Origin: Rhina ancylostomus
Taxonomy: Eukaryota
Direction of reading: 5' to 3'
Assembly: GCA_030265395.1 (NCBI GenBank)
Contig: JARFYF010000104.1
Span: 45,887,429-45,951,428, forward strand
Length of the DNA stretch: 64,000 nt
Every line of letters begins with the position of its first letter. Within the stretch, counting starts at the first letter, position 1. Positions 40,270 through 54,011 of this stretch are shown in pieces. The position numbers and the translations under genes were made by a program. A model generated the notes under the pieces. The model was not told the DNA's origin. It did not search any database and saw nothing but the letters and a program-made list of their open reading frames with translations.

Positions 40270-41615
40270 NACTAATCAAGCTAATGATGCTTAATTCTTC
40301 TGCCTGCACATGGTCCATATCCCTCCATTCTCTGCATATTCAGGTGCCTATCGAAGAGTCTCTTAAACACCCCTCTTAACTGACTGGCTCCTTATTTGCA
40401 GCTATATCTCCTTGTTCATGACTACCTCACCAGTGGAAACATTTCAACACCTCCTTAGGATCTTATATGTTTGAATAAGGAATACAAAATATTCTTCTAA
40501 ACTCCAGGGAATTCAGATCCAAACTGCTCACCTCTCTTGATAGGGCAACCATATCCTTCTAGGAATTGGCCTGATGAATCAACTTTGGATCTGCCTCCAG
40601 AGCTACTATATCATTTTTAAGGAGGCAGGTCCAAACATGAGGGATAAGGGGATTAGTAAAACTAAAGAGACTGAAGGCAAACAAGTGACCACATCCAAAT
40701 GACCAAATGTTTTAAAGAAAGTGGCTGCAGCCATTAGTCGAGATCCAGGAAGATAATAACAGATTGGAAAACTGCAAATGTGACTCTTAAACTGGATATA
40801 AATAGGTTGAGTAAGTGGGCGAAAACTTGTCAAATGGAGGTGAACTTGGGAAAGCATGAGGTTATGCCCTGAGGAATCTAAAGGCAGGCTGTTATCTCAG
40901 TAGAGAAAGCTTACAGAGGAGTAAAGTACAAAGGGATCCAAATGTTCTGTGAATGAATTGCAAAATGTTAGGAGGCAGGTGCATTGAATGGCATATTGAT
41001 CTTTATTACAAGAGGATTGGAGTTTAGAAATAGGGAAGTATTGTTACAATTGTACAGGATCCTGGTGTAACCACACTTGGAGCACTGCAGTTTTAATCCC
41101 CTTATTTAAAAAGTATGCACTTTCATTGGAGGCAGTTCAAAAGGGATTCATTTGGCTAATTCCTGGAATGAGGGTTGTCCTATCACATGTAGCTAAATAT
41201 TCTTTGGAGTATAGAATATTGAGGGGGTGATCTTATTGAAATATGTAGGACAGGATAGAAATAAAAATATTTCCATTAGTGAAAGAATTTTGAATGAGGG
41301 AACATGGAGGTGAGGCCTGGGGCAGATCAGCATAATCATATTGAATGGTGGGGAAAACTTGAGGGGCCGAGCAGCTTTAGAAACATAGAAATATAGAAAA
41401 ACTACAGCACAATTCAGGCCCTTCGGCCCTCAAAGCTGTGCCGAGCCTGTCCCTAGCCTAGAAATTACTGCGCCTACCCATAGCCCTCTATTTTACTTAG
41501 CTCCATGTACCTATCTAACAGTCTCTTGAAAGACCCTATCGTATCTGCCTCCACCACCATTTCCGGCAGCCCATTCCATTCCATCCACTCAATACTCTCC
41601 GCACTCACTACTCTC
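40270..41615. mobile_element. Cluster of CR1 3' fragments
   Basis: Minus-strand pieces at 40270-40630 and 41378-41615 (tail TAGAAACATAGAAA); plus-strand piece at 40780-41370. Confidence 0.7.
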
Positions 41616-42544
41616 GTTAAAGGATGTTAATTTTCAGGAAAAGAATTGTTGCAGGGATTGATGCAGAAGTTTAGTGGAATTTAGATAGGGTTCTTTTTAG
41701 AACCGGAATTGTTCCTTCAAGAATACAACTAACAGAACCTTATTGCCTTCTCCCTTGAAAAACTATGAAATTTAATTTTGGGGTGAGACTTGCAATATTA
41801 CACAGAATATGAGGATTATCTTAGAACAAATATACCCTTTGGAAAAAGAAGTTTTCAAATTTCCCTTTTTTTAAAAACCCCTCAATCTGAAACAGACAAA
41901 GCAGACACCACCTTCAAAGATAACAGAGCAATATTCAGGAGATGCGAGAAATTAGAAAATAGAAACAGAGAAAGCTGGAAATGGTCAGTCAGGCGGCATC
42001 TGTGGAAAGAGAATCTTAGTTATCTGCAGGTTGATGACCTTCCATCAGAACTGAGAAAAAGTTTTAAACTACAGAGAAGGGACTGGTGGAGAGAACAAAG
42101 GAAATTACCATGGTAGAGACCAAGAGTGACTGAGTGACACAAATGGTTGTGGTGCTGCCAGCTGAGGTAGGGTGGTGAAGCTTGTTAACCACAGCTGACC
42201 TTTCTGAAGGAGATGACGACGAAGAAAATCAGAGAAGAAGAGGAAAAGGGAAATTTAAAATGATCACAGAAAATGATGATGCTGAAGCTATGAGTTATAA
42301 AACACCAGAAGTTGAACATATCAATGTTATAAGTGGAAAATGCTGGAAATACTCAGCAGAGCAGGTCATTCTGAATACATCTGAAAAGGTTGGTTATCTG
42401 AATTATTTAATTCCATATCTTTTGGAGGAGACCATATATTGAGCACTAAAAGCACTATAATAAGTTGGAAGAAGAGCAAGTGAATTACTGTTTTACCTGG
42501 AAGGAATGTTTGATTCCCTCAACCAAATCACTGATAAAGATTTA

Positions 42545-44572
42545 CTTGGTATTGGTATTGGTTTATTGTTGTCACTTGTATCAAGCTACAGTGAAAAACT
42601 TGACTTGCATACCATTCATACGGAGCAATTCATTACATAGTGCCGTGGGGTCTATGTGGTTGGACCAGGAGAGTCATTTGGTGATGTTCACTCCCATGAA
42701 CTTGAAGCTCTCAACCCTCTCAACCTCAGCACCATTGATGTAGATAGGTGCTTGTAGACCGCCCCCTTTCCTGAAGTCAATGACCAGCTCTTTTGTTTTG
42801 TTGACATTAAGGGAAAGGTTGTTGTTATGACACCATGTCACCAAGCTCTCTATCTCCTTCCTGTACTCCGACACATCATTATTTGAGCCGTGGCCCACTA
42901 CGTTGGTATCTTCTGCAAACTTGTAGATGGAGTTGGAGTAGAATCTGGCCACACAGTCATGAGTGTATAGGGAGTAGAGTAGAGGGCTGAGGATGCAGCC
43001 TTGTGGGGCACCAGTGTTGAGAATAATTGTGCCTATCCTTACTAATTGTGGTCTGTTGGGCAGAAAGTCAAGGATCCAGTTACAGAGGAAGGTGTTGAGT
43101 CCCAGGCCTAGGAGTTTGGAGATGAATTTCCTTGGAATGATGGTAATGAAGCTGAGCTGTAGTCAATAAATAATAGTCTACGTCAGAGCCTTTAATGTTC
43201 AGATGCTCCTGAGATGGATGTAGGGCTAGGGAGATGGAACCCACTGTAGACCTGTTACGGCAGTAGGAGAATTGCAGTGGGTCAAGGTTGTCTGGGAGGC
43301 TGGAGTTAATGTGTGCCATGACCAGCTCTTCGAAGTACTTCATGATGGCAGTCATTAAGGCACGTTACCTTATTTTTCTTAGGTACTGGGATGATAGTGG
43401 TCTTCTTAAAGTAGGTGGGACCTTAGATTGAAGCAGGGAGAGGTTAAAAACATCTGTGTACCCCCACCAGCTGATCTGCACAGGATATAACAACAAGGCC
43501 AGGGACACCATCTGGGACAGATGCTTTCCCCAGGTTCACTCTCCGAAAGACTGAACTGACATCCGCAACAATGACCATGGGTTCAGGTGCATTGGAGGCT
43601 GTTGGGATGGGTGGTGACATTCCAATCCCCTTCTGTTGAAAATGTGTATAGAATGCATTAAGCTCATCAGGAAGGGATGTGCTGTTGCCGGTGATGCTGC
43701 CTGACTTTGTTTTGTAGCCCATTATAACATGTAAGCCCTACCACAATTGATGGCTGGTCTGCGACTTGACTTTGGACTAGTATTGTCTCTTGGCATCTCT
43801 GATAGTTTAACAGAGGTCGTATCTTGATTTCTTGTATAGTTCAGAGTTACCTGATTTGAACAGCGCAGTCCTGGACTTCAGTAAGGAGTGCACCTCTCGA
43901 ATTATCCATGGTTTCCAGTTTGGGAACACCTGGATTGACCTCTTTGGTACATATTCATCGAGGTTGGCTGCTTAGTCTTTGAACATGGACCAGTCTAATG
44001 ATTCAAAGCAGTTGCGTAGAAGCTTATCAATTTACTTAGACCAGCACCATATGAATTTCTGTACTGGATCCTCACATTTCAGTTTCTGTTTGTATGCAGA
44101 GAGAAGAAGCACAGACTGGTGGTCTGATTTACCAAAGTGTGGGCTGGGGCTGGCTTGGTAGGCACCTTTGATGGTTGTGCAGCAATAGTCAAGGGTGTTT
44201 GGAGCCCTGGTGAGCCAGGAGATGTACCGGTAGTATTTTGGTAACACATTCTTGAAGTTAGCCTGGTTGAAGTCACTGGCAATGATGAAGAGGGCGTTGG
44301 AGTATCCAATTTCAAGGCTGTTGATAATGGAGTGTAGTTCATTGAGTGCAGTCATCATATCCACCTAGGGTGGGAGGTAGACTGCTGTCAAGACAGCTAA
44401 AGTGAACTCCCGTGGCAGGTAGTATAGGCAGCACTTCACTATTAGATATATCAAGTCAGGTGAGCAGGAACTCACCAGGACCAGGACATCCGAACACCAT
44501 GAGGAGTTGATTAGGAAGCAGACCCCTCTGCCACTTGCTTTATCCGAGGACGCAGTATTGTGTATCCAATGC
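42545..44572 (-). mobile_element. Rex1/Babar LINE (endonuclease + RT), disrupted
   Basis: GRGVCFLINSSWC; ASDFNQAN..TLDYC..FGKSDH (APE); MKYFEELV..LDPLQFSY; YKFAEDT; [18 protein letters not shown]; (CAATAC)n tail. Confidence 0.92.
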
Positions 44573-45639
44573 AACTACAAGAGGTTAAGCTGGTCAGTTA
44601 ACCTCTGTGGCAGCAAACCTTTTCCAGGCAATAGTCAAGGGTTAACAAATAATCAATACTTGGAGAAGTTTGAATGGATAGGAGAACTAACATTGAACAG
44701 TTAAAGGCAAATTGTGTTTGACTAACCTGGCTGAAGTTTTTAATAAGATAGCAGAGAAGGTGGAATTATGTTTTCTGTATGGATCTTTAGAATGCCTTTT
44801 ATGAAGTCCCACACCAGAGGGTGTTGAGCATAATTGAAGCCTTTGGAATAAACTGGAATAAATAGCAATGTGAATTAGCAACCATTCTAGCATATAAATC
44901 ATTGCTTTTAGGCAGGAAAAAGTTCCACACGGGTGCTACCTGGATTTCTCAATGCACATTAATGACTTGATTTAGGTATTCAGGACAAAGTTTCAAACTT
45001 TGCAGAAGCTGCTCCTCATCATGGGTGATTCAAGTACCAAAGGATCCAAATTTAAAATGATGGACCAAAAATTCAGGAGGTGGGCTGTGAGGAGAAGCTT
45101 TCTTACATAAAATCCTCATCCTCTGGATCTCAGTGGTTGGAAGAAAGTCATTCAGGTTTACAAAAGGGAATTGACAAGGGGAAATGATTAGAAAAGCAAT
45201 GGGAAAAGAACAGGGAAATAGGACTGATGGGATAGATCTACAGAGAGACAGGGTAGGCTTGATGGTGTGTATCGTCTCCTTTAGTGCCGGAATGATTCTA
45301 TTATTCTATGATTTTGTTCAATATTTCACAGTTCATCTGCAAGAAAATATATGTCAGAAGAGTGGCTAATGTAACATTCAGATAACTGCAGTTGATTTAA
45401 CATCTGTATTAAGGAAAACTGCCGACTGTTTAAATTAAAGATGAAAACCTAGAAATTGGATTTCACTCTTCACTGGTGCACAAAACAGGTGCTGTGTATG
45501 GTGCTAACACGCAACCAGGTACCCTGCAAAAATCTGTAAAATTGGGCCCAAGTATGTTAGAAGCAGTGTTATGGGAGTTAGTACACAAATCATGCTTTAA
45601 AACAGGACCCATGCCATTCCTGCCATGAACTGTATGACG

Positions 45640-45925
45640 AGGCAGAATGGTGCCGGTAGTAGAGTTTCTGTCTCACAGCTCCAGTGGCCTCTGGTGTTGT
45701 CTGTGTGGAGTTTGCACCTTTTCTGACCACTTTGGGTTTTCTCCCAAAGGTATTCTGGTTGGTAGGTTAATTGGCTATTGTAAATTGCCCCTGCTGTTTT
45801 GGTGAGTGGTAAAATCTGGGAATACGCAGAGAATAAAATATGATTCATGTAAAACCATTATAAATGGGTCCATAAGGTCATNNNNNNNNNNNNNNNNNNN
45901 NNACCCTGCTTCCTTGCTGTAGGAC
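45640..45925 (+). mobile_element. HE1-like V-SINE
   Basis: GTCTGTGTGGAGTTTGCAC V-domain and TAAATTGCCCCT. Confidence 0.7.
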
Positions 45926-47379
45926 TCTCTCAGTTCATAGCTGCTGCATCATCATTGCTGGGAAGTGAGTCAGTCCTTAGAGAACTCCCACTCTGGCAGC
46001 TATAAAGCAGCTACATGAGCAACTGTAACAGAAGCGAGGATGAATGTGGACAAGGACAGACAAAGTGTCTTTCTGTGTGTCTGGATTCCCCATGTGATAG
46101 TCAGCCCTGGTTGACTCCTGTGCTACGAGTCACTCCACACTGCTGCGAGGTATGGGCAGATCAAGGGGCAAGTGGTGATACTGTGCTTTTTCTATCTACT
46201 TGGCAATGAATGAATGGAGCACCACTCATGCTACTTCCATTATCCTGAGGTTGAGGTTGGTGGATACTATATATATGATATCAATGTCATAGTGCAGTCA
46301 AGTTAACTGACACCTTATGGCCGGTGCACTCCTGGTTTTACTGTGAGTTATTGACAAACAATTTGGGTTGCCCCAGAAGCTCTGATTTCTGTCAGCTATG
46401 GAGGAAAAGTTCAGTGTATGACCTGTAATGTCATCGTCTCATTTCCCAATGGATGAACTTTCATCAGAACATGAGAAATAGAAGCAGAAGTGGACCATTC
46501 AGCCCCTCATGTCTGCTCTGCCACTCAATTGTATCATGGATGATCTTTTAGCTCAGCACCATTTTCCTGCATTAACCTTATGTCCCTCGATCCCTTTAAC
46601 ATCCAACGATCTATCAATATCATTGCCATAGAAATTTGCTCTTCTGATGTCTTGAAGGAATGTTTTGCTCTTGTTTTGCTGACATTTGTCCCAAACCTTC
46701 CTTATTTTATATTACAAAAACTCAACACTAACAACTTGTTGATGCAACCCTCCCCAACAAATGCTTAGACTTCACCATCTTCAGAATGTTTACCTGTAAG
46801 TCTGTGAACTCTTCCCTCTGGAAATATTTGATATTCAACCATTAACACAACAAAAATTCTTTAAGGAAAATCTTGAGCTGAACAGCATTCCGAAAGGTTA
46901 ATGAATGGACTTTACTCTGATGATGATTCCGATACTTACCATTTTCAAAGGCTATTGGGCACAGAACCAGCCAGACTAGCACCATCTTTGTCAAGGGTTA
47001 CACCTCAAGGGTGCAAGGAAGAGCCCAGTGAGTTAACTTCCAACTCCTTCCTGTTTGTTTTTGTATGAAGAGTTTCTTTACCATTACATCTCAGCTCAAA
47101 ACTGTCTTACAAGTTCATTATAGAGCCCCTCAGTTTAACACTGCATGTTAAGATGGATGTTGCGGTCAGTTTTTAGTTGCTGTTGCTTTATCATGAGTTA
47201 AGGAGCACCCTGGTGACTGACTACAGTTTATCCAGCATATATTTGATATAAGTATAAAGAAAAACTAAATATATTTGATATTCAGGACTTTCCGGTGAGT
47301 TTCACTTATCAAGAACCTAAAAAAGACACATTTGCAAATTGTGAGTTAATTGGCTGATAAGCTAGTTAACATCAGCCAA

Positions 47380-50300
47380 TAAAACAAAGCTAGGGTCATT
47401 TGGAGTTGCCATTTTGAGAGGGGCTGATGGTTGTCTAAGTGTGGGCTTTGGTGAGCAGCACTAAGATATGATGATTGTAGATTCTTATATTTTTCCTCAG
47501 CGCTTTTTTTTTATCATGGCTGGTGAGCTCAGACCTTTGTCATGCTCCTTCTGTGTAATTTGGGAGCTCAGAGTGGCTGCCAGTGTCCAGATGACTGTGT
47601 GCAGGAAGTGTGTCCAACTGCAGCTCCTGACAGACTATATGATGCAACTAAGAGCTGCACATGGATTCACTTTGGAGCATCTGTGATGCTGAGAATGTTG
47701 TGGATAACATATTTAGTGGTTGGTCAATCTGCAGTTTAATGGCCTAAGGTATAGGTAACCAGCAAGTGGAGCTATAGCAGAAAGGTAGTGCAGGATTCCC
47801 CTGTGGTTATTCCTTCCAAAGCAGATATACTGCTTTGGATATTGTTGGGGGAGATGGCTCATCAGGAGAAGGCAGCAATAGCCAGGATTATGGCCTTGTG
47901 AGTGCCTCTGCTGTACAGGAGGGCAGGAAAAAGAGTGGCAGAGCTACAGTGGTAGGCAATTCCATGGTGAGGGGCATAGACAGGAGCTTCTGTGGCTGGA
48001 AGTGGCATTCCTTGGTGCAAGGGTCAGGGATATCTCGGAGCAATTGCTGGGCATTCTAAAAGGGAGGGTGACCAGCCAGCTGTCCTGGTGCGTGTAGGTA
48101 CCAATGATACAGAAAAAAAGTGGAATGTGGTCCTACAAGCTGAATTTAGGGAGCTAGGAGATAAATTAAAATGTAGCACCTCAAAGGTAATAATCTCAGG
48201 ATTACTACCTGTGCCATGTACTAGTCAGAGTAGGAATAGCAGCATAATTGGGATAAATATGTGGCTGGGGCAGTGGTGCAGGAGGGAGGGTTTCAAACTC
48301 CTGGGGTACTGGAACCTGTACTTGGGGAGGTGGGACCAGTACAAACCAAATGGTCTACACCTGGGCAAGACTGGTATCAACGTCCTAGGGGCGATTGTTT
48401 GCTTGTATTGGGGAGGGTTTAAACTAATATGGCAGGGGATGGGAATCCATACAGAAAGACAGAGGGAAGCAAAGCAGAGACCAAAATGAAAGTTAGAAAA
48501 GAGAAGTAAGATTAGAGTACAGAAAAGTCAAATGCAAAGGACATAAAGATTACTGAGATTCTAAAAGGGCAATGAATGTAAAGGTACTTCATCTAAATGT
48601 CTGTACTATTTGAAGCAAGACCAGTAAACTTGTGGCACAATCTGTACAAAGTGGTATGATTTGGTGGCCGTTGCTGGAAAGTGGTTGCAGGGTGGAGATG
48701 AGTGGGAATTAAATATCCAAGGGTATTGGGTAATGTGGAAGGATAGGCAGGTAAGGGAGGTGGGGTAGTGCTCTTATCTGAGGATGAGATCAGGGTGATA
48801 GTGAGATGTTACAAGATCTAACGAGCAGAATACTAAATCCATCTGGTTAGAGGTTAGGAATAGTAAAGGGAAAAGGTCACTAGCGTGAGTTTTCTATCGG
48901 CCACCAAATAACATTACAGTGTCACAGGCAATAAATCAAGAAATATCGGATCCATGTAAGGCAATTGTCATGGAGGGCTTTAACTTCCACATAGATTGGG
49001 CGAATCAAGTTGGTTGAGGCTGTCTTGAGCAGGACTTTGCAGAATATGTGTGACAGCTTTCTTAAACAACATGTTACTGAACCTACAAGAAAAACTGTTG
49101 TCTTAGATCTGGTCCTGTACAATGAGACAGATAAAATTAACAATCTTGTAATTAGGGATGCTCTTGGAAAGAATAATCACAGTATGAGAAATTCTATCAT
49201 ACAAATGGAGGGTATAATAGTTTGATCTAAAACCAATGTATTATGCCTAAACAAGGAAGGCTACAATGAGGGAGGAGTTGGCTAGTGTAGACTGAGAACA
49301 TAGGCTACGTGGGGGGATGGTTGAGGGACAGTGGAAGATTTTCAAAGATTTTTTCAGTGCTCAACAGAAGTCTATTCCAGTTAAAAGAAAGGACCGTAAG
49401 GGTGGGGAGAGCCAACCTTGGATAAGGAAGAAAACAAAGGAAAGCATCAAACTGAAAGCTCATGCATTCAAAGTTGCCAAGAGTAGCGGGAAACTGAAAG
49501 ATTGAGTAAACTTTAAAAAGTAACAAAGAACCACCAAGCGAGCAATGAGGAAAAGGAAGATAAATTATGAAAGTAAACTAGCACAAATATTAAAAAAGAT
49601 ATTATAGAAGCTTTTACTTTTATAAAGCAGAAAAGAGTGGCTAAAGTGAATGTTGGTCCCTTGGAAAAATGAGAAAGGGGAATTAATATTGGGTAATGTG
49701 GAAATGGCTGAGGCTTTGATTGAATACATTTCATTGGTCTTCATGGTGGAGGACACATCTAACATGCCAAAGAGATGTTGTGGATGCAATGGTGGGTGAA
49801 AACCTTGATACAATCTGTATCACTAAAGAGGTAGTGCTGAGCAAACTAGTGGGCCTAAAGGTAGACAAATCCCTTGGTCCTGATGGGATGCATCCCAGGG
49901 TACTGAAAGAAATGATGGAAGTTATAATAGAGGCATTTGTAATAATTTGCCAAAATTCTCTGGACTCTGGGCAGGTCCTGGCAGATTGGAAGATAGTGAA
50001 TGTCACGCTACTTTAACAAGAAGGCTGTAGGCAAATAGCAGGTAACTCTAGGCCAGTTAGCTTAATGCCTGTTGTCGGGAAAATGCTTGAAGCTATCATT
50101 AAGGAAGAAATAATGAGACATCTGGATAGAAATAGTTCCTTCAGACAAACAGAGAGCGTGGATTCAGGAAGGGCAGGTCCTGTTTGACAAACTGGTGTTC
50201 TTTGAGGATATATTGAGTGCAGTGGATAAAGGGAACAGGTGGATGTTTATTTGGATTTCCAGAAAGTGGGCAATAAAGTGCTGCATAAAAGATGTATCCA

Positions 50301-50728
50301 TAAGATAAGGATGCATGCAGTTGGTGGTAATGTACTAGCATAGGTAGAGAATTGCTTAACCAATAGTAGGCAGGGAGTTGGGATAAATGGGTGTTTCTCT
50401 GGTTGGCAATCAGTGGTGAGTGGCATGCTGCAGGGGTCAGTGATAGGCCTGCAACTGCTCACAATATACATTTCCAATTTGGAAGTGGGGACTGAGTGTA
50501 GTGTATGTAAATTTAGTGGAAAAGCATTGTGCAGAGGATGCAGAAATATAGATGGGTTAAATGAGTGGGCAAAGGTCTGGCAGATGGAGTACAATGTTGG
50601 TAGATATAATGCCATCCACTTTAGAAGGAAAAAAGATCAGATTATTTAAATGGTGAAAGATTGCAGCATGCCGTTGTGCAGAGGGTCTTGAGTGCTTGTA
50701 CATGAATTGCAAAAGGTTGGTTTCATTG
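47380..50728 (+). mobile_element. Near full-length CR1 LINE with ORF1 (Zn finger + SGNH esterase) and ORF2, disrupted
   Basis: ORF1 CSFC..CRKC, VVGNSMVRG, VGTND and PNGLHL; ORF2 FYRPP, LDLVL.NE, KSLGPDGMHPRVLKE, QGSVIG and WAKVWQMEYN. Confidence 0.92.
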
Positions 50729-50828
50729 NNNNNNNNNNNNNNNNNNNNNNNNNNNNNNNNNNNNNNNNNNNNNNNNNNNNNNNNNNNNNNNNNNNNNNNN
50801 NNNNNNNNNNNNNNNNNNNNNNNNNNNN

Positions 50829-50995
50829 GACCAATACTCTGGCAACTAGTGCTAGAGAAACCCAGGTACTTATGCTAGGCCCCAGATGGGGCTCAGGTGT
50901 GTGTCGTTATGCAATCAGTCAAGCATGGAATCCATGTGCTGTACAACAAGGCATCAAAGGAGCCAAATTGAGGGCCAGTACTCAGAACCATGACA
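50829..50995. mobile_element. LTR fragment of the TGTCA..TGACA family
   Basis: Highly similar to 35834-35998; ends CCATGACA. Confidence 0.75.
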
Positions 50996-52537
50996 GAGTT
51001 TTAGAGATTTTTGCTTCTTGTTACAGTATAATTAGCTTTGGAAGTCCCTAGTAACACAGTGATTGTTTTGAATAAGTATTAACTGTAATACGAAATACAG
51101 TGCATTTTGCAAAATGGTTCACATTAGGATTTAGAAATTTCAATAACAGAGGTTGACCCCGTTAATTCTATGGATTTGCTATTGTTGAATTGCTTTCTTT
51201 GTAAAATAAAACATTGGGAGGAAGCATCATTACTGGTCTGTCTTTCATTTTAATCAATAACTTTGCAAATGATGAAATCTTTAAAATTCTGGAGGCCACA
51301 AAAATCACCTTGTTGGAGAGAACATTGCCAACTGACCTTAATCTGCATTTACACCATGCATAACAGGGTCATTGAAAAAAGTCATGTAAAACAAGTGTCA
51401 CTGGTATGGTGGTTGGAATATTGGACTAGTTAATTAGTTTAGTTGAAACAGTGATATTAACCTGATATAGAGCTTACAGCAATGTAGTCATTATTAATTT
51501 ATGAATGCATACTTCTCATATTGCTGTTTTACTTCTTTAATAGTGAGAGACTGGGATCGTGGATTTGCCTATCCATGTATACAAATTGCTTAAGTCTAGT
51601 AGAATGATACAAAGAATTATCAAAGTGGCTAATTCACTATTGACCTTTATTTCAAAGAAATTTTGGATCTGTAAGGAGCAAATGGTCTTGCAGTTATGCA
51701 GAGTGCTGGCAGATTCTTACCTGAGTAAAGCGAATCAGTTTTGGACAGTGGACCTCAGAAATGATGAAGGAGACACAGTGTGGAATCATCAAAATGTCCT
51801 GTATTCTCTTGAGTTTAGACATGCTCAAATGTTAAAGCAATTTCATAAGTCTGATAAAAAAAGGTTCACGAGTCTGCCTGTGAGAGATAATCTTCAGACC
51901 ATTTTGACCAACTGTCATCTTCATCTGAATGACCTGCAACCCTCCTCCTTCTCATGTAATCTGTAGATGACAAGAGCAATGCACAGGTTACAGGAGATTC
52001 CTAACCAGCCACACCTTTTGCCAGCTGCAACTTCCACATGAAGGGTCTTGACCTGAAATGTCGACTGTCCATTTCTTTCTATAGATGCTGCTTGACCCGC
52101 TGAGTTCCTCCAGCAGTTTGGGTGTTGCTCTATGTTCCAGCATCTGCAAACTCTTTTGTCTCCCAGTGGAGTCTACTGGCCAGAACCTTCTTTTTCTCAC
52201 CCTTCCTGACAAAGAAATTGGAACTTTGGGCTTTGATTTCATGGCAGCCTGTGATAAGCTGACCCACTGACATAATAACAAAGAACATGGGGGTGTGGCA
52301 CAGTTGTGGTGGAGTGATCCTTGGACAAGTAAGACTGAAGTAACAAATGGGAAAATTCCCTTTGATGCAATTGATAATCCTTTCTCTTGGAGTTCAATGA
52401 GCAACAATGGGCCAGTGTGCAGGCAGCTTTAACCTGTAATGGGCATGCTATCCACAACTGGCTGTATCCATCTCCAAGGTTAGGGAACCAATGTTACCAG
52501 AAATGTGAGGAGGGGTTTAGGCTCCTTACAGAAAACC

Positions 52538-52900
52538 AAGACTGACACTCCACTGCAGTACCAAGAGGGTGCTACACAGTCAGAAATGCTATCTTTCAGA
52601 AATGACATTAAATCCGGGCTCTGTTTTCCCTCTCAGGGAGACTTAAAACATCCCATGAAGGAGAACTGGAGGGCTTGTGTCTGGTGGCCCGGCCAGTAAT
52701 TATCCAACAATCAATGCTTTTAAAGAAAAAAGGTAACAATCACGATGCTATTTCTGGGATCTTGCTGTGCAAAAGTTGTCTGCCATGTTTCCTGCAACAC
52801 AACAGTGACTACACGTGTGAAATATTCTTCATTAACTGGGAAGTGCTTTGGGACATCTTAAAGGAATGTGTAAGATACTATCAAAATGCAAACTTTTCTT
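52538..52900 (+). mobile_element. Deu-SINE (SacSINE1-like)
   Basis: CTGACACTCCACTGCAGTAC..CCCTCTCAGG..GGGATCTTGCTGTGC..AAATGCAA tail. Confidence 0.7.
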
Positions 52901-53919
52901 TTTCCCCCATAGCTTGCTTCAACAGGCTGAAAAAGAAAACATCAGTGCGTGAATGAAGTGAATACAGAGAGGCTGTATTCAGACTGAACTCAATGGAACC
53001 AAACAAATTTAAAAAAGCATATTTTAGTGATCTAGATTTACTTTTGGTTGTATCAATTAATAGGCCTCTTGTCAGCCTTTGATATTTAAAATTAAGCAGA
53101 TCTTTCACGATGATTTTTTCATTATGTTTCAGAATTAGATTTAGATACTCAGCTTAACTTATGCCTGGTGTTTGAGTAAACTAATAATCCGATGAAAGTC
53201 ATGTCATTTGGTGCAAAACTATTCAGACAGTGATAATGCAAGTAATTTGCAGATAATGCATTTTTATTTCTCTCAATATGACCACAAAGGCCAAGGAAAT
53301 GAATTAACATTTCATTAGGTTCCAAACAGGATTTAAATTGTTCACCTCGTAACTTGCAAGAAGGTAATATGATATTTATATTAGAAACTTGCAACCTTAC
53401 TGTTGGTATTGAGGAATACACACTTTTCTACTGATATCATTTTCAACGATTCCAAGAATGGCAAAGGCCACCTCCAAGCTTTTATATGTGTAATTATTTC
53501 CAAGTGAGAGGTCTCTGCTGGCATTTGCACTTCCTTGGGTGCTTTGAGAGGATTTTCAGAGGGCTGGAATACCAAAACATTCATCTTCAGTTGTATAAGC
53601 TAAGCATATGATATAGGTAAGTATCCTTGAATTCTGCTTCTGAAATTTGGTTCCACGAGGTCAATGGAAACTAATTTTAGCAGCAGAGTTAGAGATACAT
53701 ATGGCACAGTCCTACACATTAAGCACAGTTGCTGATTTTGCTGTTATTCTAACTATTCCAGGGTGTTAGACAAAGACCATTCAGTTCTTAGGACTTTTGT
53801 TTAGTTTGTGGCTAATGTATACCTATATTGATTACATTTGCTGTCTTGACCAATTTTGTTTCCAGAGGCAAAGTTCAAACTTGCCATGTTCATCTTTGAG
53901 CCCTTTGCAGCATCAATGG

Positions 53920-54011
53920 ACCTTGTATTCCATTGAGGAATGAACCTAGTGTTCCATTGAGAAATAGACCTTGCATTCCATTGAAGAATGAACCTTGTAT
54001 TGCATTGAGGA
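53920..54011. repeat. 24-bp tandem repeat, about 4 copies
   Basis: ACCTTGTATTCCATTGAGGAATGA / ACCTAGTGTTCCATTGAGAAATAG / ACCTTGCATTCCATTGAAGAATGA / ACCTTGTATTGCATTGAGGA. Confidence 0.9.

Noticed and set aside
41790-42442. Two ORFs of 86-108 aa
   Set aside because: They overlap antisense Penelope terminal-repeat sequence and have low-complexity purine-rich composition.
51000-52540. Expected 3' LTR or accessory (tas/bet) genes of the foamy-like provirus
   Set aside because: No similarity to the 5' LTR or to remembered accessory proteins was visible; the region holds CR1 and Penelope fragments.
53920-54011. CRISPR-like array
   Set aside because: The units are contiguous with no spacers, the context is eukaryotic, and no cas genes are present.
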